Positions 53,283 through 63,473 of a DNA stretch of 63,473 nucleotides are shown here, piece after piece (positions within the stretch are counted from its first letter, which is position 1; every line of letters begins with the position of its first letter). The stretch covers positions 1,292,416 to 1,355,888 of the forward strand of contig NW_003314294.1 in NCBI RefSeq assembly GCF_000143415.4. The letters run 5' to 3'. The translations under genes were made by a program, and so were the position numbers. The notes under the pieces were generated by a model. It made no database searches. It was not told the origin of the DNA and saw only the letters and a program-made list of their open reading frames with translations. The stretch comes from Selaginella moellendorffii (Eukaryota; Plantae; Lycopodiophyta).

Positions 53283-53470
53283 TCTGAAAGTGCAGAAAAG
53301 AAGTTAAGACCATACGAAAAATGATTGGAGAATGGCCTAAATCATAACATACCAAACAACCTCAATAGCATGAAGCCACATGCCATTATTCAAACATGCT
53401 ATTGACACCCACGTGAAATTTCACATTCACAAAATTGACATGAGCCCTCATGCCATTAGTGGTACCACTA

Positions 53471-53662
53471 ATGGCATGAGGCCTCACGCTATCTTTGGCC
53501 CCTGTTAGCCTGTTGCTATATTCCTTTTGCCTTGTTGCAACTGTATATATTTTTGTGTACGTGACTAGTCACCCATACAAAAATATATACAGTTGCAGCA
53601 AGGCAAAAGGAATATGGCAATAGGCTAGCAGGGGCCAAAGATGGCATGAGGCCTCATGCCAT
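53471..53662. repeat. 192-bp near-perfect palindrome (96-bp arms, centre GTGACT|AGTCAC)
   Basis: Arms are reverse complements with about 8-9 mismatches and no loop spacer. Confidence 0.95.
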
Positions 53663-53852
53663 CTTGATATACACACAGCTGCAGGCAAGTAAAAACATAC
53701 ATGACAATACGCTAGCCATGAAATTGCAAGGGCCCAAGATGGCATGTGGCCTCATGCCATTTCTAAATATGGTCCTAAGCCATTCTATGGTGAACATACC
53801 AGGAAGCACAAGTGCCGAATATCAAGAGGAAGCGGTAGCTACGCCAAAGACA

Positions 53853-53985
53853 GTGCCGCTCGCAACACCGCAACTACTCGTAGCGCCGCTCGCAACACCA
53901 CAATTGCTCGTAGTGCCGCTCGCACAAACTGCCACTCGCATAAACTGCCGCTCGCAATGGCGCTCGCAATGCCGCAATCGCTCGT
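53853..53985. repeat. Short tandem GCCGCTCGCA-based repeats (~30-bp unit)
   Basis: GCCGCTCGCAACACC.CAA.T.CTCGTA is repeated. Confidence 0.8.
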
Positions 53986-54783
53986 AGACGCATAAACCAC
54001 AGCTCACAACGCCGCTTACACAAGCAGCGCTCACTGCGCTCAGCGGAACCAAGAACACGGCGCACAAAAATGATAGACCTAGGAATGAGTTCGAGAATTC
54101 AAAAATAACACACGCTTGAACGTTACATCAAATCCTCTGACAAACCAAATCTTATGATTCCTCTGACAAATTTCAAACTGAGTAGCTTCTAGACTTTGCT
54201 GTCGGAGGTTGAACTTTGTCACATCATGTCCTTGCCTCGATCTAGCTGTGCCATGTCAGTGATTCGAACTTTGCCATGCCATGTCAGCGATCCGCGCCAA
54301 GATTATTCGCCGTGTAAAGGAATAATTATACTGTGTGTGTACGTCCATTTATGGCAATATAAGGCCACACGCCATTCAAAGAATAATGCTAGTTGAGCAT
54401 TTTTTGGTGCATTTTTGGGTTCAAAATTGCATGAGCCCACACGCTATAAAGTTTACCTATAGCAAAAATAGAAACAGCTTTATTTACTTGGGAATTTAAG
54501 TGGTTGAGGCATTTTTAAACTTACAAACACATGCCCTACTTACATTCCTTTGGTTGCTTAAAATTCAAAAATATTATAAGCCTTTCTTTTTGCATTTTCA
54601 ATGTTTTCAATTATGGTTTTTGATTTTTGCAGGACCAGCCTAGTAATCTATTTGCATCCCGTCATGTTTATAGCTAGCTTTCGTTTGTCCCCTTCGCTAG
54701 CCTGAGATACATCTGCTCGGCATCTGCCTCTTACAGCATTTGCCCAGAAAGGGCATCTTTCTTCACGCAGCATTTGCCACATG

Positions 54784-54816
54784 TTTAGGGTTTAGGGTTT
54801 AGGGTTTAGGGTTTAG
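54784..54816 (+). repeat. Interstitial plant telomeric tract (TTTAGGG)4 + TTTAG
   Basis: Exact Arabidopsis-type telomere repeats. Confidence 0.97.
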
Positions 54817-56263
54817 CAATTCAGTAGCTTGATAAACATGCAAATACAGAACTTGATGCAAAATCTTTTGATATGTCACAATGCCCTTAGGACCATAAAC
54901 ACATTTCAATAGAGAGGGTCCTTTCATTTCATAACTCCTTACGTAGATCTTGGTGAAACCAGAGCTAGTGAAGTTAGTTTCCTGTGATCCCGCATCTGAT
55001 TGTGATATCCCTTTGCAGTGTCGATGGAAAGGTTAATGCACACCAAACTGTAAAATCTTGGAGCAAAATAACGGTCGGATCTATGGCAAATGCCCCTGAA
55101 ACATTGTAAGGCTCGTGTGGTCTCATGTGGTGTCCGATCGAGATGCTTCTTTGCAGGGTCATCAAGAAAGACATTGTATACCATTCTGTAAAATCTAGTT
55201 GTGATCTAACGGTTGGATCTCCAGAAAACTCAAAAAAATCTCGCGCGTATCAGAATATTCTAGGAATATACTCCTATGTGCCCCTGAAAATGGCATGCAG
55301 CCCCACGCCATTCAAGAGATAACGCCAGATGACGCCGAGCATTTTTTGGTGCATTTTTTGGGATTTTTTGTATACCATTCTTTATTTAGCTGAACATCTA
55401 GCATTTTTGGAAATACAAGATGCTTTGGAATATCCAATCATGCATAGTATAAATATAGTGAGGGTATTAAATGATATCCCAATCATGATCTTTCTTTTGG
55501 ATTTTGCGTGCATGCAGTCCGAGGAATGATGACGTTGCGGATTTCTTTTGGATTTCACGTGCATGCATGCGCGCGGCGATCCAGAAATTAATGGTGGCGC
55601 CCAAGTCCGAGGAATGATGACGTGGCAGGATTACCAACCGTCGTGACATTTCGCGCGTGTGAGGTTAGGTTTTGCATTTTGCTTTGTACTCGCGCTCGCA
55701 CCGCGCTCCCACTCGCGATCACGCTCACATTTGCGCTCATCTACCTTCTCTACAGGTTTCTCGTGTGCATCGGCATCCACTCGTGCTCGCATCGCACTCG
55801 TGTGCATCGGCGTCCACTTCAAGACACACCCAGTTTGTAACTTCGCCGCCAACTCCGCCGCCCACTCCGCCACCCACACGCAGCCCACTTGGCGTCCCGG
55901 GAGATTTCAGCGCCACTCTCCAACTGTAAGTGGCAGAGTAGCCTTGCTGCTATGATCCGCTACACACACAGTGCACATTCACCAGCGAGTCCGGCCTCGA
56001 TTGTCACGCCTCCATTCGGCTTCAAATGGTAAGTCTTTTAGGCCAAATAGAAAATGGCATGAGGCCACATGCCATTCAGTAGCAACATTGGCATGCACCG
56101 ATTGGGCTCTCGAGTGCAGTCCGGTTACAGATGGCGTGTAGCCTCACGCCATCTTACGATGCAGCCTCAAGACATCTGATGCAGTGGTGAATGGCGGCCT
56201 CACGTTATTTCCAGCTGCTAGCTTTTCATCTGTCAGCTCTAATTGTTGTGCATTTCTGAACAG

Positions 56264-58820
56264 GTGAGGAATTGCGTTTTTCTTCTAACCACTGTCAATG
56301 TGGATGCAGAGAAGGGGGAGGAGCTCACCAGTTGGACTTTCGGGATGGAAGGCGAGGATCTAAGGCTGTACAACACAGATGGTGGGAGAAAAGAATGCAT
56401 GGGGATCCTCATCCAAGTGACAGACACTCCATGCAGTTCCATGCAAGAATATGGACTGGCACTTGTGGTAGAGACAGCGTCCGCCTTCAAGATCCACCTT
56501 GCACATTCTAGCGGCTTCCCGGAGGGGGGCAGCGACTATGAGGAATTCCTAGAGGGAGCTATGGAGAAGTTGTCCAGGAGGCCCACAATTTCAAAGACGC
56601 TGCGGGTCTATGAAGATCACATGGGATCCACGGACCTCACCTACGGCGATGTTCAAAAACTATATTTCAACATTGAGCCGTTGAGAGTGCCTCCAGTTCG
56701 CGAAGCGAAGGGGAAGGGGGTCGATCTGGAAACTACCCCGAAGCAGAAAAGGGTGGTCAAGCTCAAGCCGACGTCCAACTCTCCTGCTCCAAAAAAGAAG
56801 CTACTCGGTGATGCCATTGCCTCGGGTTCGAACACTACACCCACCAAAAAGAAGAGCCGCAAAGAGCAGAAAGAGCAAGAAGAGGCAGCAAAAATCGTTG
56901 CAGATAATAGTACTTGTTACTATTCCAACAAAGTATATACAATCGACGTGAGCTGTATTGACATCCAAAGCAAATACAACCACAGGCTAGTATCTGATGA
57001 GTGGGTGGAGAAACTGAAGCAGAAGATGCTGGCAAGTCCAGTAACACCCGACATCGCAGACGTGATCCCCTACTACCGAACAATAAAGGGCGAGAAGAGG
57101 TTTCCAGACTTGATCAATAGGAAGGTGTTGGACGATCAGTACATCCGGTTCTATGCCTTCTCCGGGCAGCATTCTAGTTTGGCGATGCAAGAGATAGTTG
57201 TGGATATTATGGTGGGCGAGGAGGTGAAGAAAGTCTTCAAGACAAGAGTTGTCCGCCTGATAAAAGGCAACTCGCCCCTCCGATCTATCATATACATCTC
57301 CCACGCGCAGAATGTCAAGCAAGAAACGTGCTACAAATCGGGTCTGCACGAGACATTGGCACGAACACGGAAGCTCTGGGTTCAACTGAAGAAGCCACAA
57401 AAACCAGGACAAGGACGTGTACTAGCAACTAGCGCCTGGCAGGTAAGCCTCATTGCATGTGGCATAGCATGTGGCCTCACGCCATTTCCATTGCAGGAAT
57501 TCTCGAGTCTTCTCTCGAAAACACTGGGGGTCAATGACACACTCAGCATCCATAACATTCTACTTGCGACAAAAGTTGTTTTTGACAAATGGGTAGATGT
57601 GCTGAGGAGGTACCATGACGGGGAGTTGCTAAACTCAATGGGTGTGGAGGACGGCCGGAAGTCCAATGATTTGAAGCTCAACGCCTTGCGTTTCTCGCGG
57701 TCTCTAGACGACGACGACCTTCTGACAGTGGCTAATGCTTTTCTACGTGGTGAGGTAGTCTTCAACAAGACCAAAATGACTCCCGGCCATATTGTGACAT
57801 ACAAGGACTTGTGCACGACTCTGAGAGCTCGTGCGCTATTGAAGGATTGGATCTTCGAGCAAGTGGCCGTGGAGAGGGTGAGCATCGACACCACGCAAGA
57901 GATGATGGAAGAGCTGGAGTTATCAAATGAAGACATCGATGAGTACGTGAAGGGGGCCCCCAAGTTCATCGATCTGCTGCAGGATGCCACGAAAAGTAAA
58001 GCTGAGAAGTTGGATCAGTATCCAAATTTCATTAAGAGGGATGTCGACTGCCGGCTTCAGAAACAGCTCGACCCCGCAGCAGAGGCCTATCGAGAACCTT
58101 ACCGGGTATACGTGAATTCGGATGAGGATCAAAGGTGGAGGAGCATCATTTCCCGCGGAGATGAGCAGGTCAAGAACATCTTTTGTGTGATGGACTTCAC
58201 AAACGAGGAGATCACTCATGCAGACGAAGTCAGCTCCATCATTGACTTAATGGTGGGACTTGCGGAGGTGGAATCTTTAGTTCACTATATGATCTACGAC
58301 TCCGAATCCTATCACAAGTTCTGGAAGGCCTTGAACGAGGTGAAGGCTCAATTGAAAGGCAAGGAGATGCGGGAGATCCATGGGATAATAGCTAAGAAGA
58401 AGATACCGACGAATGTCCGCATCTTCACACTCACCCTTGTTATTGGTCCTGCAGTAGAGTGGGACTGGAGTGACTTCCCAGCTTTGTTCGACAAGGCCGA
58501 TCGGATCTATCTGAGGGAGGTCAATTTACCCGTGCCTGAGGAACTGAAGACGGCTATGGAGCTTTCGAATCCAGAGAAAGCTCCAAGTGCAGCATGGGAA
58601 ATGCTCAGTTGGGTCTTCAACGCAATAGCGGGTGGGTCACCTGCTTCCGACTCCAAGGGCAAATGCGTTGTCGAGTACAACTGCGGTGGACTATTCTTTT
58701 GAGCCGCACTACTCAAGGGTGTCCCGTGTGTTGCGGTGACAAAATCCATTGAAGAGGTGACTTCAATACAGCATATAATTATAGTTGCCAAAGAAAAACA
58801 GTATCTTCTCTGCGAACCTG
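56264..58820 (+). CDS. Transposon-borne protein: ParB/Srx-like domain plus degenerate beta-class amino-methyltransferase-like domain (in-frame 54-nt intron 57443-57496; TGA at 58700 probably premature)
   Basis: YTIDVSCID..NHRLVSDEWVEKLKQKM..DVIP..FYAFSGQHSSLA..VVRL..ISHAQN (ParB-N pattern). NIFCVMDF..SNPEKAP..GKCVVEYNCGGLFF*AALLKGVPCVAV (MTase motif IV and X/I/II pattern). Upstream small exons near 55757-56027. Confidence 0.6.
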
Positions 58821-59007
58821 GTGAGTACGCACTTTAAGTTTAAATGTTATCTCACAAGCTCTATATGCAGGAGCGTGGCCACCCCCAGATCAAGTCAGGG
58901 CCACGTTTTTCTCATCTCGTCATCTTCGAAGGGTGCAAGAACGTGCAGAAACCATGTTAAGACAGTCAGGTGAGGATACGGTCCTAGGTCACGCACTAAA
59001 ATAGGCT

Positions 59008-61104
59008 ATGGATGTCTTGTATTTTGAGATGGAGACTCGGCCAGATGATTTTCCCAAGATGGTCCTGGAAGAACAAGCCATCCAGCCTGAGCAGCCTATG
59101 GAAGAAATGCAGGAGGGGGATGAGGAGCCAGAGAAAGATAATGAGCAGGAAGAGCAGAAGGACGAAGAGGAGGACAAAGAAGAGGAGGACGAAGAAGAGG
59201 AGGATGAAGAGGACTTGGATGGTCCTCACAATGGTGACGATCACAATAACGACGACGACGATGATGACGACGATGGCCAGCCTGAGGTGGCCAAAGAGCA
59301 GCGGAGAAAGGTCATACAAGACAAACCATCAGGTAAATAATAGTACATCCATTCCTAACCTTTTACCATTTCTAACATTGTCCATGTAGGTCGCAGAGCA
59401 AATGGTAAGTAGAGATTATTCAGTTGAATTAAGATACAAACTCTAGCCTTTAGTGTCGAGGAAGGATAGTGCCAAGCAAGGGTCAAAACGTATGTCCAAT
59501 CCTTCAGAATCAGCAGTGCCCAAGTGATATCGGTCCTAGTTCCTCAATAGCAGTTGATTGTAAATATAGTATAGTTGATTCAATGTGCTAATGAGTTTGT
59601 TTTTAGTAGCCAGTAGGGAGGATACCATCTCATTCGAAGGGAGATATTTGGACATGCATATGGATCCGCCAGTGGACTCTACTTGCCTGCAAGAGTCATC
59701 AGAGCTGGTGGAGGCTACTATCCATATCAACGCCAAGCAAGTTGACCACGCTCCACTTGATGCTACCCATACCACTGAGTCAATCTTGTCCACGTATCCA
59801 ACTGACGGTGACCAGGCGCCATTGGACCCGCATGAGGCCGCCCCAGCCGCCGAGCCGGTCGTATCCTCATTTCCAACGGACTCAACGTGTGCCCAATCAT
59901 CTGACTACGCGCCGTTGGAACCTCCCTACACTGCCCCTGCTGCTTGTTCGGTCATGTCCACTTTGCCAACGGAGGCACCAGCTGAAATGGCGTGTGATCA
60001 CACGCCATCGGAACCACCCCATGCCACTGTTGAGCCAGTTGTACCAGAGTCTACAGCTGAAATGGCATGTGCCCACACGCCATCGGATGCGATTGACCCC
60101 ACATTGCAGAGGAGAGTATTTCCGCCCTTCACGTTTCCTCGACCAAAACCCTCTCAACGACCATCGGGAGCACCATTCGCTAATATTGTAGATGGTAAAA
60201 TTAACTTGTACCATTTTTTATGCTGACGCATTTCATTTCAGAGTCACGGCGAAGGTACTGTATCGTTTTTGATTTGAACGGTGTCCTTTTCTCCCATGAG
60301 CGTGGCTCGTCCTTGAATGTCACTGCACCCTCCAAAGCCTGCGGTCGCAAGTTGGTCAAAAGAGACAGATTCACATTAATCACACGGGAGAAACTATGGG
60401 ATCTAATAATGACCATGCGACACTTAGAACAGAGGGCCGGGTTCAATTTGCAATTGGGAGTTTGGACATCCATGATGCACCACAATGCATTAACGTTGCT
60501 ATAGATGATGCACGATCAGACGCGAGTAATATTACCATTTGACTTTCTCCTAACGCAGGAGGATTGCTTGACTATGGTCCATGTGAGGGGTAGCAAGCCC
60601 ATCTTCGTCAAGCTAGAGGCTGTAGTGATGAACCGGACTGCTAGGTCAAGTGAAATCCTCATCATCGATGACTCGCCGATTAAAACTGCAGCGAACACGC
60701 ACACATATGCAGTGCACCCCATCTCTTGCAGTATGGAAACTAGGGAGAAGAAACCGTATGTTCTGGGGGACCTTGCAAAATGGCTTGGAGCGATGGTGAT
60801 AGAGAACCGGCCAGTCCAAGAGGTGGCTGCAGAAATCAACCAAATGGCAAATGGAAAGGTATATCAGAAGCCATTTGATCGGACAGACACCAGTCATCAT
60901 TTATGGCATGTATATTGTCTAGCCAAGCACTATTCGCATCTCCATAATCTGCTCAACCGGATGGGTTCTTCGACCACTGAACATGAGCGTGGACGTATTA
61001 GAGAAGAGATGGCATTACTATTGGGTTTAAATCCTGATAGTGTGGAGACTGATGAAATTCCAAGATTATTGTATAGGCGTTGGAGGCAAAAAATAACAGT
61101 CTGA
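59008..61104 (+). CDS. Acidic/Pro-rich region spliced to an FCP1/NIF-like HAD phosphatase domain (in-frame TAG at 60502); possibly the C-terminus of the preceding gene
   Basis: CIVFDLNGVL, LGVWTSMM, FLLTQEDC, KPIFVKL, ILIIDDSPIK..N..AVHP. A phase-1 intron near 60195-60242 joins the Pro-rich exon in frame. Confidence 0.75.
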
Positions 61105-61544
61105 GATGGCATGTATTTATTTAAAAATGTAACTTATTATGGCATGGGGTTCCATGCCATTGTATTAATATTAAAAAACAATTCTTTGAGAGGATTTGCA
61201 TTATATTAGAAGTGTTACAGCATGTTATTGGAAGTCTACGAAGTTGTTTTATTAATAAGGGGAAAGTAAAGATTGAATGGGGACTTGGGCTCCACCTAGA
61301 CTCGGAGCAACTGAGCCAATATTAAAAGGATGGAAAGAAATTGGACGACGATAACAAGGAAAAGAGAGAGGTGAAGCAGTAGCAAGGGGAGGAGAAGTGA
61401 TTGAGTAGACATTTCCTTGTTTAAAATAAAATGGCATGTGCCTCAATGCAGTTGAATTTTGTTATATTTATATACTATATAAAGGTTTGGAAACCTTATT
61501 TTACAAGTGGGATAATGACAATTCCCACTTTAACGAAATAGAGC

Positions 61545-63194
61545 TTAGTAATTAAAGCGACTGATATGTGATGTTGGAGAGACTGTTCCAACACCTGAGA
61601 AGGTCAGTAGATCACTCCCTTTCTACAGAACATGGAGTTGAGGTTGAGCTAAAGGTGGCTGCGCCATAGCTCGTAGATCTAAGTCACTGGAATCTACCGA
61701 GGATGAAGAGGACTTGGCCCGAGAAGGTGCTGTGTCGTACCTAAGCTGCCTTTGGATGTTAGAAAGTTTACTCCATACCTTAGGACCTTGAGGTATGGTG
61801 AAAGGGTGCCAATTTGTCACACATCTGGTTTATACCAGCATCAAATACCTTGAACACTACAAATGCCCGGTCAAGGCAACTGGGTTGATAGGAACAAGAA
61901 GACTACAGACTAGTGCTCAAGTTGCTCAAAGTGGCCCAAAATGCCTGTGACAAAGAGAAATAAGGGTTGAAATAGAAAGAGATGTAGGCCTCAAGCACAC
62001 GTAACTATTGACCCGTAGGTTAACCACTAAAGTAGCTGCTGGAATAGCTGCTAGAGTAGCCGTTGGAATAGCCACAGGAGTAGCCAGTAACCGGTAACTC
62101 ATAATTAGTAACTGGGGACCTATAACCTATAGCTTGTAATCCCTTGCTTTTGCTCCTACTCTTGCACCTGCTCCAACACCAACTCCTATCCCAGCGCTGG
62201 CTCCTACTCTCTTTGTTCCTACGCCAACTCTTGCTCCCTAAAGATTGCTTCGTTCCCAAGGAACTCCCAACAAAGTTTAGCCCAAAAGAGAAATATGAGT
62301 CCTCTAATCTCAATCATTCTCCATTTTGACTATTGGTGGGCTCGTTGGAAAGGGCTCAGGCCCATCTACCCTTTATCGCACGAATTTGTGAAGAAGCTAC
62401 ATCAATATTCCCCGAAATCCAAAAAGAGGTAGCCCAAAACACCAATATTGCAAAAAAACATGTGTATGTCACTAATGTATATTGATACTAAAGCGCCATT
62501 AGTATTTTTGGATAGCCTAGGACCAAGAGCACCTTTAGAAACAAATAGCATCCAAAACAAAGCCTAGAGGAGCACAAATTTCTACTATAAAGATGACCCC
62601 AATCTAGCCAGAGAAGAAAATCTTTTTGCATGCCACCATTTTGGCCAAATCTAGCGCCAAGAATCACAACTACTCATTGATCCAAACCAGATCTACAAGC
62701 TCAACTGCACTACTTTGAGAAATTGGACCGAGGATCTAAGCAAGAAAGTAAAAACCCCAAACTATTCCTCAAATCCAATCAAGAAATGTTGTATCTGTTC
62801 AATATTACATGGCTTGATGAGCACCATACTTTGTTGGAAAGAGGAGCTCTAGACTTATCTAACACGCCCAAGATTAAACAAAAACATCGCAAGATGAACA
62901 AAGAATTCCTTCCCAAAGTTTGCAGCCAAAAGAAAAATAAAGAAATGACGCCTCAGAAAGTGTTGTGCGTTAGGCCGACTTCACCATTTGTTAGGGAAGG
63001 AAGGGCACCTCCCCAACGCTTGCTCAAACATGAGAAATGTTTCAATGCTCTCCGCAAAAATGCCCCCACCCCTACCCCCCTACCCCCCCTTGCCCTTGTG
63101 GGGCAAGGGTTTTTATACAAGAAAGATAGGGAATATTCTGAGGACCAGAATATTCCCTCTCTTTCTCACTCTCTCGGTTGGCCATGCCCTAACA
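61545..63194 (-). mobile_element. 5' part of a Tat-like element; 5' LTR 62989-63194 with PBS
   Basis: LTR homologous to 30222-30408; reverse PBS (TGGTGAAGTCGG) directly adjacent; GTAACCGGTAAC repeats shared with ~30950-31000. Confidence 0.65.
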
Positions 63195-63473
63195 AAGTGA
63201 TCATCTTAGACCCACTCCTTAACATTTTAAAATGCCCGCAAAAATGAGGAATAACCTTTCCCAATATCCCTTTTTTGATCCCCACCAAGTCCTTTTCTGT
63301 CCATTGCCATGTCTAGGACCTTCTTGTGGTGATATACTTAAGCACCAATAGAAGTCGAACTAAAGAACAACTCTGATACCAAATTGTAAGTGACTAATTT
63401 TTCCATTCTACTTTACTCACTTAACCATACCTTTGACCACTTGGAAGAGTCTCACTCACAACCTCCATAAATT
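63195..63473 (-). mobile_element. Family A LTR fragment + PBS + next LTR copy (from 63385)
   Basis: Colinear with 29216-29495; reverse tRNA-Met PBS ACTCTGATACCA at 63370-63381. Confidence 0.8.

Larger units (their letters stand above)
49136..61449. repeat. Dispersed 22-bp palindrome ATGGCRTG-N6-CAYGCCAT, ~20 copies within the TIR element
   Basis: Copies start at 49136, 49225, 49825, 49985, 51463, 51520, 53365, 53435, 53471, 53641, 53739, 55290, 56054, 56131, 57464, 59987, 60062 and 61139; degenerate copies near 49632, 54351, 54427 and 61431. Confidence 0.92.
48610..61544. mobile_element. ~12.9 kb TIR DNA transposon with Sola-like transposase and cargo genes
   Basis: TIR GCTCTATTTCGTTAAAGTGGGA(T/A)TT at 48610-48634, reverse complement at 61520-61544 (22 bp perfect, 24/25 overall); encloses the transposase; no TSD. 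Confidence 0.88.

Noticed and set aside
54784-54816. A true chromosome end
   Set aside because: Only ~4.7 repeats, with unique sequence on both sides.
30222-63194. Homologous LTRs at 30222 and 62989 as one 33-kb element
   Set aside because: Flanks differ (TCCCT vs AAGTG) and the two LTRs sit in different host elements, so they are more likely two insertions.

Overview
Eukaryotic plant genomic DNA. The ~45-70 nt GT-AG introns, GATC runs, TTTAGGG repeats and a TatI-type retroelement suggest a lycophyte such as Selaginella (inference). Bases 1-14.5 kb are an extremely compact block of intron-rich genes: NUP188, ALG13, an unknown tail-anchored protein, a small secreted acidic protein, a CobW/ZNG1 GTPase, DUF674 and ERGIC3/ERV46. 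From ~15.7 kb to the end is a nested pile of Ty3/gypsy LTR retrotransposons plus one ~12.9 kb TIR DNA transposon. Two things stand out. (1) Two copies of a chromovirus family each carry two tiny spliceosomal-type introns (46-47 and 52 nt) inside the integrase coding sequence. (2) The TIR element (48610-61544) encodes a Sola-like DDD transposase fused to putative chromatin-reader domains. Divergently it encodes a ParB/Srx-like protein with a degenerate DNA-methyltransferase fold, and an FCP1-like HAD phosphatase. It is also studded with ~20 copies of a 22-bp palindrome (ATGGCRTG-N6-CAYGCCAT), a 192-bp hairpin and a telomeric tract. All domain calls are by-eye motif recognition, not database searches.
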